Assembly: GCF_963921235.1 (NCBI RefSeq)
Contig: NC_086097.1
Span: 20,648,001-20,712,000 of the forward strand
DNA from: Mobula hypostoma
Lineage: Eukaryota
DNA length: 64,000 nucleotides
Direction: 5' to 3'
In this document: positions 11,693 through 23,607 of the stretch, piece by piece
Layout of the letters: each line of letters opens with the position of its first letter
How positions within the stretch are numbered: position 1 is the first letter of the stretch
Translations under genes and position numbers: made by a program
Notes under the pieces: model-generated
What the model saw: only the letters and a program-made list of their open reading frames with translations
Told to the model about the DNA's origin: nothing
Database searches by the model: none

Positions 11693-12320
11693 ATCAGGTA
11701 GAAAGGGTCATTAAGGGAGCTTTTAGCACATTGACCTTCATAAATTGAAGTATTGAGTACAGGAGTTGGGATGTTATGTTGAAGTTGTATAAGACATTGG
11801 TGAGGCCTATTTTGGAGTATTGTGTGCAGTTCTGGTTGTCTACCTTCAGGAAAGATGTAAGTAAGATTGAAATAGTACAGAGAAAATGTTGCCAGGACTT
11901 GAGGACTTGAGTCTTAAGGAAAGGTTGAATAGGTTAGGAATTTACTTCCCAGAGCGTAGATGATTGAGGAGAGATTTGATAGAGATATACAAAAGTATGA
12001 GGAGTATAGGCAGGCTAAACGTAAGCAGGCTTTTTCACTGAGGTTGGGTAAGACTAGAACTAGAGGTCATGGGCTAAGAGTGAAAGGTGAAATGTTTAAA
12101 GGAAATACGAGGGGGATCATCTTCTCTCAACAGATGGTGTGAGTTTGGAATGAGCCGCTGGTAGAAGTGGTGGATGTGGGTTCGATTTCAACATTTAATA
12201 GAAATTTGGATAAGTACATGAATGGGAGGAGTATGGAGGCTATGTTCCATGTGCAGGCTGACGGAACGAGGTAAATTCATAGTTCAGCATGAACAAGATG
12301 GGCCAAAGGGCCTGTTTTCA
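11693..12320 (+). mobile_element. CR1 LINE 3' fragment (degenerate)
   Basis: LKLYKTLVRP.LEYCVQFW and GHGLRVKG motifs; similar fragments at 16215-16745, 53625-54410, 55860-56430 (+) and 9940-10242, 45864-46110 (-). Confidence 0.8.
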
Positions 12321-12995
12321 TATCTGTAAAATAAGTTTTAAAAATATTATAAAATATTACTGAAAATACTTCATGGGATGTTAAACAATCCTGTACCTGG
12401 TTAAACTTGGGGCTGAATCCAAGAGTAGATTCATTCCCCAGCATACATACTGCAGATTCCCAACAGGTTCCTCCTCCACTGTGAAACCTGCGGCAAAGTA
12501 CAGCCAGGCAATCATGTCAGAATACAGAAAGCAATGTACTGGAGGAACTCATCAGGCTGAGCAACAAGTGTGGAGGAGAAAGGGCGGTTTGAGCTGAGAC
12601 TCTGTATCATGACTAAGAACTGAGAGGGTGCGACACAGGCTGAGGGTGATTAGTGAACAGAGGAGGAGTAAGGGATGATGGACATATGGAGAGGGTGGGT
12701 TGGACTTGGGAGACAGGTAGGTGAATGACAGGTGGAGGCAGGAAAGGGAAAAATAGGCAGGTGGCGGGGGAGAGGGTGAAGATAGTGCCTGGAGGCTGAT
12801 AAGTGGGAAAAGCTACGTACTATAATCTAGAATCATGTGTTTCCAATCATAACAGAACATCTTCTGTACTAAGGGAACCTTCCCAAATCTGATCCTTGGA
12901 AGCATCAGCACCTTGAACAGGCTGAATTCTTTTTCCAAAACTAGAATGGTTTCATTTTTACAGCTTTGTATAATGCTGTGTGTTTGTCACCACAG

Positions 12996-13125
12996 GAATT
13001 AAGGAGCTCACAGCCTGAAGCTGAGGCAGCTGAAGAAAGTGAGGAAGAAGAAGCTGCAGGAGCTGATGGTGAAGATCCCCAGGAACTCCTCGACCAAGTC
13101 AGAGAAAATATGGAGCAGTCTGGTG
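12996..13125 (+). CDS. AK7: AK7 exon (about exon 12), acidic linker ELRSSQPEAEAAEESEEEEAAGADGEDPQELLDQVRENMEQSG
   Basis: caccacag|GAA ... GGT G|gtaaac; 130 nt, phase 0/1. Confidence 0.93.
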
Positions 13126-14747
13126 GTAAACGATAGCTAGATTTTAATAGCATTTATTTTTGTTCATGATTAAAATGTATCAAGAGTGTAAATGTAAGAG
13201 GTAACAATTACCTCCATCAAATCGTAAGGCCAGAGTCTGACCAGGTGAATGGAATGCATGGGGTGAGACACAGTAGAGTTGCCTCAAAACAGATGCCTCA
13301 CTGTTCCAGCGACTCTCATTTGGCTGTTACCTCTGGTACATTGTGCAAGAGTTTTCATGTTTTCCCTGCAACAGGAAAGGTTTCCCCTGAGTGCTCTGGT
13401 TCCCTCCCACACTCTATAGTTGAGCTGGTTGTTAAGTTAATTGGGTACCTTAAATTGCCCTTAGTGTAGGTGGCTAATGAGAGAAGGAGGAAGTAATAAT
13501 TGGACGTGTGTGAGAGAATAAGTTACAAAGAAATAAATGGGGGAAATGAGATTGCTGTGACAACTAGCAGAGGCTCAATGGAGCAAATACCTCTTTATGT
13601 GCCACATGGAAGTATGAAATTTAGTGGTTCCCCAAAATCCGCAATTGTCCTGAACTCAGTTACATTATTTGCCTTGTTTGCTTTAATTCCTTCTCTATTC
13701 TGCAGCTCAAGAGTTCTGTGGGGATATAGTTAAAATGCCAGAGGTGACATAATACAAGGAGCTGTTCTTGCACCAATTAGGCTGACCTTTCATAAGAATA
13801 TAAGACCAAAATGAAAAGCAGGACTTGGCCATAGAGTCCCATGTGTCTGCTCTGCTTTTCAACAGGTTCATGGTTAATCTGACTTCAACTCCGTTTTCTT
13901 GTCTGTTTCCTCTCGTGTTGATTCTGCCATAGTCTAAAAATCTGTTAGTCTCAGCATTGATACATTCTATGATGCAAACTCCACTGTGCTCTGGGGTAGA
14001 GGATTTAATCAGAATCAAGTTTAATATCATCGGCGTATGTCATGAAATTTGTTGTTATGCAGCAGCAGTACATTGGAATACATAACAAGAGCTGTGAATT
14101 ACAGTATAAAGTATAATATATACAAGTTAAATATGTAGTGCCAAAAGAGGAGAGGAAAAAAAAGTAGTGAGGTAATGTTCATAGATTCAATATCCATTCA
14201 GAAATCTGGTGGTACATGGGAAGGAGCTGCCGCTGAATCATTGAATGTGTGCCTTCAGGCTCCTGTACCTCCTCCCTGATGGTAGCAATGAGAAGACGGT
14301 AAAAGCTGCCTGACACTTGGCAAGGGTAGAATGAATTTCTACTCATCTCAGTTTTGTAGATGACCCCTTATTTTGAAAGTATGCATTTTAATTCTACATT
14401 TTCCCATGAGTGGAAACTTTCTCTCAGCATCTACCGCTTCAAATCACCTCGGAATTTCAAAGCAAGTCAATAATATTTCAGAGAGGAGAATCAAGTGATA
14501 CAGAGTCAAGGCAGGAAAGTGATGCTAAAGTAAAATATAAGCAATTGAATTGTAGAGCAGACACGGAGGTCAAATTAACTATTTCTTATGTTCAAGTTCT
14601 CTAAGATTTGGTCATTTGCTTACTTTCTGATATGTGTTATCTGTGCATTCCATTGGTTTCTCACTTCATCCATTATCAATATCCACTCTTCCATTTCCTA
14701 CCAATAACTGTTTTCCTTCTCACTAAACTCTGTCCTCATTTTCCCTC

Positions 14748-15571
14748 TGTGACGAATGCACATAGATAAGATGTTAGCTGTCCTGTGTGATCAGCAGTTG
14801 GTCTGCCACCTGTCTTCAAGAGAGAGATAAGGGACACAATGAAACAGCACCTGGAGATGTGTAGAGAGCTGTCTGGAGCGGCTCCCCCTTTGAACCCTGA
14901 ACTGTTTGAAGTGATGGACAGGCGATACCGCAGCAGGGGGATAAAAAGGGGAAGGTTTGCTAAGGCAGGACACACACCACCCGAGGTAACGAGACCCTGG
15001 AAGCGGTACGCCTCTCACGAGTCGGTGGGAAGTATCAGACAATGGCCAGGGTGGAAAGGTACGATCAGCGGGAACCCGGTGTGTGTCCGCCCTTGCCTGG
15101 GTGCCGGGTTCACTGCAGAGGATCGACTGCATCTGGAGGAGGGGTCACAGTCGGTGACCTCAGGTGACATCACCAAGGACCTGCCCAAAAGCTGCTTGTG
15201 AGCCATATCGCCGGTCTGTGAGTGAAGCCGTGTCTGAATGATCAGTTGTTCCTGTTCTCTCTCTCTCTCCCCCCACGTTGTCCATCGCCATGGCAACGAT
15301 TACTGCGAGCTGAACTACTAAATTGGACTGAACTTTGAGTCACTTTGAAATTTGGTCATTTACCCCTAGACAACGATAGAGCTTGATTGATGCTGTTATC
15401 TTAATTCTGTGCACATGTGTGTTTATCATTGCTGAACTGTTGCATTTATTATCCTTTCGATTACTGTGTTGCTTGCTTCTTTAATAAAACTTCCTTAGTT
15501 CTAGTACTCCAGACTCCAACTGAGTGATCCATTTCTGCTGGTTTAGCAACCCAGTTACGGGGTACGTAACA
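14748..15571 (+). mobile_element. Solo LTR, 824 bp (probably Gypsy/Ty3-type)
   Basis: Termini TGTGACG...CGTAACA; 4-bp TSD CCTC at 14744-14747 and 15572-15575; TATA-like GATAAAA near 14940; AATAAA at 15483-15488; CpG-rich. Confidence 0.85.
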
Positions 15572-16851
15572 CCTCCTATTTGGCATTCTTAATACCCAAC
15601 CCTCCTAAGACTGAGTCCCTTTTTCCTTCCATTGATGGAACTTTGGTCAAAGTGAACCGGGCTTTATTTTCATTTGATTTGAACTTCACTGCATAAATAG
15701 AGCAAGCTTATGGAACTCGATATAAATTCAATAGTGAAACAACAGACTAGATATCTGAGCTTGGCCGTACATTTTATCTTTCTCCTGAAGCTAATGATAT
15801 ACTTGAACAAGGGCCGCCAAGAGTCCACTGCCATTTTTAGAATAAACTCTGACCCAATTACCTGCAGTCCATCTTCAAGGCGTTCTTCAGGATGGCACAG
15901 TAGTGCATCGGCTAGTGTAATGCTTTACAACACCAGCAATCGGGGTTCAGTTCTCACTGCGGTCTATAAGGAGTTTGTGCATTCTCCCTGTGACCAAGTG
16001 GGTTTCTTCTAGGTGCTCCACTTTCCTCCCACATTCCAAAGACTTATGAGTTAGGATTAGTAAATTGTGTACATGTTATGTTAGAATCAGAAGCTTGCAG
16101 GCTGCCCTTAGCACATCCTCAGAAGGCATTGGTTGTTGACACAAATGACATATTTCACTGTAAATTTCAAGATTTTGATGTACGTGTGATAAAGCTAATC
16201 TTTATTTTTAAAAAATTGTAGATCAGACCACACTTGGAGTACTATCAGTAGTTTTGAGCGCCTTATCTAAGAAAGGGTGTGCCACCATTCCAGAGGAGGT
16301 TCATAAAGGTGACCTTGGTAAAGAAAGGCTTAACGTATGAGAAGCGTTTAATGGCTCTGAGCTTTTACTCACTAGAATGAAGGGGGAGAGGGTGGTGAGA
16401 GGGATCTTATTGAAACCGATCAAATATTGAAAGGCCAGATAGAGTGAATGTGGAAGGGATGTTTCCAACAGTGGGAGAGTCTAGGACTAGAGAATGCAGC
16501 TTCAAAATACAAGGATGTCCCTTTCAAACAGAGGTGAGGAGGCATTTATTTAACCAGAAGGTGATGAATCTGTGGAATTCATTGGCCTTCGAGCCAAGAC
16601 ATTGGGTGTGTTTAAAGTGGAGGCTGTTAGGTTCCTGAGGGCATCAAAGGAGAAGTCAGGAGAATGGGGTTGAGAGGGAAAATAAATCAGCCATGATCGT
16701 ACTTGATGGGTTGAAGAGCTGAATTCTGCTACTACGTCTTATGGTTTACATTCTCTCACTTTGCAGAATTCTGGGTACCTTAAATATGTATGTTGAGAGG
16801 TCAGTAAGCTTCCTTCTGAATTCTAACAGTTGGACAATTTGGATTCTGTAG

Positions 16852-16980
16852 GTCGCTTGGATGACACCTATGTCACCAGGTTTATGAAGAAGAAACTGTT
16901 ATCTATGCCTTGTCAGAACCAGGGTTTTATTCTTGATGGATTTCCCAAGACCTATTTACAAACAAAGATCATCTTTGCTG
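16852..16980 (+). CDS. AK7: AK7 exon (about exon 13), (G)[42 protein letters not shown]
   Basis: ctgtag|GT CGC ... GCT G|gtaagt; 129 nt, phase 1/1; adenylate kinase signature GFILDGFPK. Confidence 0.96.
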
Positions 16981-18166
16981 GTAAGTTATGTTGTGCTCCA
17001 TGCACTCTGATAGCCTTGTCCAAAGGACTGAGTCTGATGAGAATTGGGGAAGGATATGCAACTAGAAGCAATAGAAGCAAGACTATAATGATTTTGTTAA
17101 TCCTATTTGTGATCTGAAGCCCATGCTAGCAGTTCGTATCTCACCTTGACAGTGGGAAAATTTGAATTTGGTTGATCAAGTAAATTGAGGTTAAATCAGT
17201 AATGGTGAGAATGGCCAAAGTTTTCACTGAGGTACAATAGAGGCATGTCCTTTCCTCCATGGCTTCAAAGTATCTTGGCACTGTCCACAATGACTGCCAA
17301 TTTTACCATCTTACCCTGGTTTTCATTCATGGCAGTCAACAAGGGAGAGGAGAGAAGAAGAGGAGCCATAATGAAGGATGGGAGAAGGAGAGAATTTGTG
17401 GCAAAAAAAGTAAACAGAAATGGGGAGAAGTAGCAACTAGTGATAAAAAGAAAAATTGCAGGAACAAAAGTATAAAGAAGTAGAAAATTGGAGAAAATGG
17501 AGTACAAGAAAATGCAAACTTTACTTATGACTGTGACTGACGTTACAGATAAATTATCTATTTTATTCTGAGATAGGTGTTTTGGAAATATAGAATATAG
17601 AAGGGTAATGTTTCTGGTGATATGTATGTTCTTTCATGTACATAAAATTATCCTTAAATGTTTCATGTTGTTTGCTTAAAGTTATATCTTTCCACTTATC
17701 AAAACATCCCGGCCCTGGCCATGCTCCAGTGTTCCCACTGTGACCCCTACTGCAGCTGCACACTTAGCCCACAATCTGGGCTTTGGTTCACAGTCCAAAA
17801 TTCAGCCCTGATCGCACTCCTGACCCATAGCCTATATGCTGGCCCACAGACTGGACGTTGCTCACAGTTCATGCCATCACACACCTTGCTTGAACTCTGA
17901 CGTCACTAGACGCTAGCTCATTGGAATTTCCACACAAGGATAAGATTAACAGTGTTTTACATATTTAACTTCCTCATGCAGCTTAAAAATAAACCAAAAT
18001 AAGATCATGTGGATTGCCTTGTATATTATTTTCATCTAACGTGCCTGTTTATTTTATCCCAAAATGTTGTTTTTCACATATGATCCAAGCAGCAGAGACA
18101 CAGCAGTGGTCTTTAGACATCCATGTCTAGACTCTCCTTCACTTTTATCTTTGCCTTACAATACAG

Positions 18167-18238
18167 CTCAAGAGGAGGAGGAGGAAGAAGAAAGTGGCAT
18201 GAACAAGGTACCACAGTATGACAAAGCAATTACTCCAG
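18167..18238 (+). CDS. AK7: AK7 exon (about exon 14), (A)QEEEEEEESGMNKVPQYDKAITP
   Basis: atacag|CT CAA ... CCA G|gttggt; 72 nt, phase 1/1. Confidence 0.9.
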
Positions 18239-19040
18239 GTTGGTAATGTTTTATTGTATTTATAATTTGTATAATTATCTCAGTAATGTCAAAAACACTT
18301 TATTCTTTTATACCCCCAAAGATCATCAACCTTAAATGTAATCACTTTTTCCCTCCTTGCAGATACTGCTGCACCTATTGACTATTACTAGGATTTCCTT
18401 TTGTTATCACCTTTTCTCCAGCTACCTGTCATCATCTAACGCACTGTTCAAGCATCTTAAACCCCTATATATCACACCCTGTTATCTTATTCTCTCAATA
18501 CTTCACTTATATACCTCCTTTCACGTTATCATGTGCCTCACAGCCAATTAAGTTCTTTAAAAGAGTAATCACCATTGTGATGTAGGAACCACAGCAGCTA
18601 ATCAGAACACAGTCAACTTCTGCGATCACTTTTTGTAAATAATAATCTGGACCATGTTGACTGTTGCAAATAGTTCCAAAGGCAACCTCCAGCATAATAA
18701 ATGTCACACGTACACTAGCTGACCAAGAATCTGAGATGTGCTGATGCATATATGACCCTGCAAAGGACCCGAAGGAAAATCCGGGCAATTCTGGACAATG
18801 TTTCTCACCCTCTGCATGCCACCTTGGCTGAACAGAGGAGCACTTTTACTAATAGTCTGAGACAACTGTACTGCTTTAAAGAGCGATATATGGGGTCATG
18901 TCTTACCACTTGGCCATTAGACTCAGTGATGAGCCAACCTATAGCCAGGGAAGTGATGGCCTCCTCCTGTTAGACTGTTTGTGGTAAATAATTTTTTATT
19001 CTTTCTGCTTCTCTTCTAATATTTATATCTGTGCACTTGT

Positions 19041-19342
19041 GGTGTGAGTGGTTAAGGCATTGGACTAGCTACCTGAAGGTCGTGAGTTCAAGCCCCAGCT
19101 GAGGGAATGTGTTGTGTCCTTGAGCAAGGCACTTAACCACACATTGCTCTGCGATGACACTGGTGCCAAGCTGTATGGGTCCTAATGGCCTTCCCTTGGA
19201 CAACATTGGTGTCGTGGAGGGGGGAGACTTGCAGCATGGGCAACTGCTGGTCTTCCATACAACCTTGCCCAGGCTTGCGCCCTGGTGAGTGAAGACTTTC
19301 CAGGCACAGATCCATGGTCTCGCGAGACTAATGGATGCCTTT
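19041..19342 (+). mobile_element. tRNA-derived SINE with CORE/Meta-like central domain
   Basis: A/B-box-like AGTGGTTAAGG...GAGTTCAAGCC, GTGTCCTTGAGCAAGGCACTTAAC; TSD ACTTGT at 19035-19040 and 19343-19348; nested in a Rex-Babar 3' end (about 18760-19395). Confidence 0.8.
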
Positions 19343-19578
19343 ACTTGTAATGATACTGTGACACTGTAACTTTCCCTGGGATCAATAAAGTATCTACCTC
19401 TCCTACTGAACACCATTTGAAGTCCAACAGTGATGGAACCTGATTTCACCAGACAAATCTGACGTAGGATTAAAATTCTCATTGATTGAATGGGGGCTTA
19501 CAACTGAGATTTAGGAGGAATATTTACTTTTACTTACTTTGTTTCACTTAATGTTTTAAATTATTCTCAGTGCTTAGG

Positions 19579-20915
19579 CATAGTCATAGTCTTACTTTAT
19601 TGATCCCGGGGGAAATTGGTTTTCATTACAGTTGCACGGTAAATAATTAAATAGTAATAAAACCATAAAATAGTTAAATAGTAATATGTAAATTACGCCA
19701 GGAAATAAGTCCAGGACCAGCCTATTGGCTCAGGGTGTCTGACCCTCCACGGGAGGAGTTGTAAAGTTTGATGGCCACAGGCAGGAATGACTTCCTATGA
19801 CGCTCTGTGCTGCATCTCGGTGGAATGAGTCTCTGGCTGAATGTACTCCTGTGCCCAACCAGTACATTATGTAGTGGATGGGAGACATCGTCCAAGATGG
19901 CATGCAACTTGGACAGCATCCTCTTTTCAGACACCACCGTCAGAGAGTCCAGTTCCATCCCCACAACATCACTGGCCTTACGAATGAGTTTGTTGATTCT
20001 GTTGGTGTCTGCTACCCTTAGCCTGCTGCCCCAGCACACAACAGCAAACATGATCGCACTGCCCACCACAGACTCGTAGAACATCCTCAGCATTGTCCAG
20101 CAGATGTTAAAGGACCTCAGTCTCCTCAGGAAATAGAGACGGCTCTGACCCTTCTTGTGGACAGCCTCAATGTTCTTTGACCAGTCCAGTTTATTGTCAA
20201 TTTGTATCCCCAGGTATTTGTAATCCTCCACCATGTCCACACTGACCCCCTGGATGGAAACAGGGGTCACTGGTACCTTAGCTCTCCTCAGGTCTACCAC
20301 TAGTTCCTTAACCTTTTTCACATTAAGCTGCAGATAATTCTGCTCACACCATGTGACAAAGTTTCCTACCGTAGCCCTGTGCTCAGCCTCATCTCCCTTG
20401 CTGATGCATCCAACTATGGCAGAGTCATTAGAAAACTTCTGAAGATGACAAGACTCCGTGCAGTAGTTGAAGTCTGAGGTGTAAATGGTGAAGAGAAAGG
20501 GAGACAAGACAGTGCCCTGTGGAGCCCCAGTGCTGCTGATCACTCTGTCGGACACACAGTGTTGCAAGCACACGTACTGTGGTCTGCCAGTCAGGTAATC
20601 AAGAATCCATGACACCAGGAAAGCATCCACCTGCATCGCTATCAGCTTCTCCCCCAGCAGAGCAGGGCGGATAGTGTTGAACGCACTGGAGAAGTCAAAA
20701 AACATGACCCTCACAGTGCTCGCTGGCTTGTCCAGGTGGGCGTAGGGACGGTTCAGCAGGTAGATGATGGCATCCTCAACTCCTAGTCAGGGCTGGTAGG
20801 CGAACTGCAGGGGATCTAAGTGTGGCCTGACCATAGGCCAGAGCAGCTCCAGAACAAGTCTCTCCAGGGTCTTCATTATGTGGGAGGTCAATGCCACCAG
20901 TCTGTAGTCATTGAG
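19579..20915 (-). mobile_element. 5'-truncated Rex1/Babar LINE; 330-aa RT C-terminal ORF, inactive
   Basis: FFDFSSAFNTI, GAPQGTVLSPFLF; catalytic motif reads KFSND instead of DD; upstream in-frame TGA; LNDYRLVALT at the 5' break; (GACTAT)n tail. Confidence 0.9.
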
Positions 20916-21549
20916 TCATTTTCAGAGATGTTAATAATTTTTAAACTTCTCTGATCATTATGTAAATATAGAAACTGATCAAAGTACCTCCCAACATTGA
21001 CAGGAGGTGAGGTTCCTTGGCCAGCTTCATTTGCTGTTAAAGACTTTAAAGATATTTTGGGGTTGGGCTCCAAACCGTTAGAGCATGTGGCCTAGTTGCC
21101 ATGAGGCCTCTTGAGTGCAGCAGCCCAGCCCAGGTAACTATAAGCAGGACTGGCAGCAGGATGAATCTTTATTTGGACCAGTGTCAGGGTGATCTGTTTT
21201 GGTGATGTTAGTTAAGGGAGAAAGCTCAGGACTCCATGGATAACTCATCATGTTGTCTTTGAACTTGTGCCACTGGATCTTTTATGTCCACAAGCATGAG
21301 CAGATGTTGGTTTATCCAAAAATAGCATCTCAGCATGAAACTACTGAACTGAAGTGTCAGCCTAGTTTTTTTGTGGTCAGCCTTCTCATGTGGGATTAGA
21401 ATCTTCAACTTTGCCAGTGAGATAGAGAGCCTGGAGTTTGTAGTCCTGTCATTGACTAGTACCGGGGTCTATACCAAAATTCAAAGCCCAAAGGTCGATT
21501 GGAAGTTGAAGCCCAAGAGCTGAAGTCTGGATACAGGAGGTCTGTCAAG

Positions 21550-22170
21550 TTCAAGTTTATTATTATCATACTATACATATATAACAAAACAAAACAATGG
21601 TTTTCCGGACCACGGTGGACCCACAAAACATACCAGACGCAACGCATAAACCAAAATGTGCCTTGTCCAAGTTGAGACTGATTGTTGGAGACTCCTCTGT
21701 ATGCCGACTCATCATTGTTGCTGATGAGACCACCCACTGTAGTATCATCAGCGAATTTGATGATGTAGATTGAGCTCAGTCGGGTGGTACAGTCACCAGT
21801 CATCTGTGTGAACAGCAGCAGGGTGAGCACACAACACTGGGTGGCGGTGGTGAGGGTAGGGGGACAGCAAAGCTCAGCATGCTGGAGCTTGAGATTTTGC
21901 TGCCAAATTGGACTGACTGGGGTCTTTCCATCAAGAAGTCCAAGATCCAGTTATAGAGAGGGGTGTTGAGTCCCAGTGAGGACTGTTTACCACCCCCTCT
22001 GTGGGATGATCATGTTAAGCACTGAGCTGAAGTTGATGAACAACATTCCGGCATATGATACATCATTTTTGAGGTGGGACAGGATGGAGTCGAGGGCCGA
22101 GACTATGGCATCATCAGTGGACTGGTTTGAGCAGTAGACAAACTGGAAAAGGGTTGGAGAACTGTCCAAG
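21550..22170 (-). mobile_element. Rex-Babar-like RT fragments (degenerate)
   Basis: IIKFADDTTVGGLISNNDESAYR; FQFVY...STDDAI...MLFINFSS. Confidence 0.65.
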
Positions 22171-22418
22171 TGGGTGGGTGTTAGGAAACAGGTTTGTTTT
22201 GCTATTGTTGTGTTCTGTGTTATTCTTGCCAAGCATTGTGGACATGATATGTTGGCAGTAGAATGTGTGGCGACACTTGTGGGCTGCCCTCAGCACATCC
22301 TTGGGTTTTGTTGGTTGTTAATGCAAATGATGCATTTCATTGTACATATGATAAATAAATGAATCTGAATCTGACTTCTGATGTAATGCTTTCTGTTGAG
22401 CTACAGATGATGGTGAAG

Positions 22419-22655
22419 CAACACACATCAAAGTTGCTAGTGAACGCAGCAGGCCAGGCAGCATCTCTAGGAAGAGGTACAGTCGACTTTTCAGGCCGAG
22501 ACCCTTTGTCAGGACTTCTCCATCCTGACGAAGGGTCTCGGCCTGAAACGTCGACTGTACCTCTTCCTAGAGATGCTGCCTGGCCCGCTGCGTTCACCAG
22601 CAACTTTGATGTGTGTTGCTTGAATTTCCAGCACCTGCAGAATTCCTGTTGTTTG
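22419..22655. mobile_element. Non-coding Penelope-derived mini hairpin element with two inverted hammerhead motifs
   Basis: TSD AGATGAT(G/A)GTGAAG at 22405-22418 and 22656-22669; inverted arms of about 100 bp; + strand core CTGACGAAGGGTCTCGGCCTGAAACGTCGACTG at 22525-22557. Confidence 0.85.
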
Positions 22656-22818
22656 AGATGATAGTGAAGGTGCCTCCGAACAATACTGTGCATCACTTAT
22701 CATCAACGACACCTAACCTTTTAAAGTAACTCACTAATTAATTTCTAAAATGCAACTGAGCCTTCACCTGTCCCAAACACTGCTTACAATTCAAACCCTG
22801 TATACTTTTTCTCTGTAG

Positions 22819-23016
22819 AATACATCTTTGCTTTGGAAGCTCCTGATGAGTTCCTGAAGCAACGTGTCTTAAATCTGCCAGAGAGTGATGTTGTTGGGAC
22901 TCACTATACACAAGAAAGGTTCTTGCGTTATCTGGCCCATTATAGGGAACAGAACGCGGAAGATGAAACTCTTCTGAACTACTTTGATGAGATTGAGATT
23001 CATCCAGTTCATATAG
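22819..23016 (+). CDS. AK7: AK7 exon (about exon 15), (E)[65 protein letters not shown]
   Basis: tttctctgtag|AA TAC ... ATA G|gtaagc; 198 nt, phase 1/1. Confidence 0.96.
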
Positions 23017-23607
23017 GTAAGCTTTGTTAATTTGAATGAAATGGATGTATTCAAGATAGTAATGCACTACTTTACTATTACACTTGCTTGAACTGAGAAT
23101 AATCAATATTGCATTTACAATTTTTAACTATTCAGTTTTGAGTTTGAGAGAATATTTGTACTGTATAGCACAGGGCTATAATAACAGGAGCTATAGAAAA
23201 TGCCCTTTTCCAGTATTTTCTTGATGCTGGATAGCTAGAAATAGCAGATCTAAATAACAAATAGCAGATATTTAGTGGTCTGTGACCATTACAATATAAT
23301 GGATTCTTCTGCACTATTTACTTATGTATTGTAACTTAAAGTAATTTTTAATGGCTTCAACTATATTGCTGCCACATAGCAACAAATTTCCAAAAAATGT
23401 AGAAGTGGAATCAGGCTATTTTTATCATCAAGTCTGCTCTGCCATTCCACCCTGCCTGATTTATTTTTCCTCTCAACCCTATTCTCCAGCTTTCTCCCTG
23501 TACCTTTGACGCCCTTACTAATCAAGAATCTATAAACCTCCGCTTTAACTATACCCGACTGTGACAATGAATTCCACAGAATCACCATCCTCTGGTTAAA
23601 GAAATTC

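Noticed and set aside
14791..15296. ORFs of 93-120 aa
   Set aside because: Lie within a solo LTR; no gag/pol/env similarity recognised.
19722..20714. 330-aa RT ORF as an active or domesticated gene
   Set aside because: 5'-truncated, upstream in-frame stop, catalytic DD changed to ND, no endonuclease, typical LINE tail.
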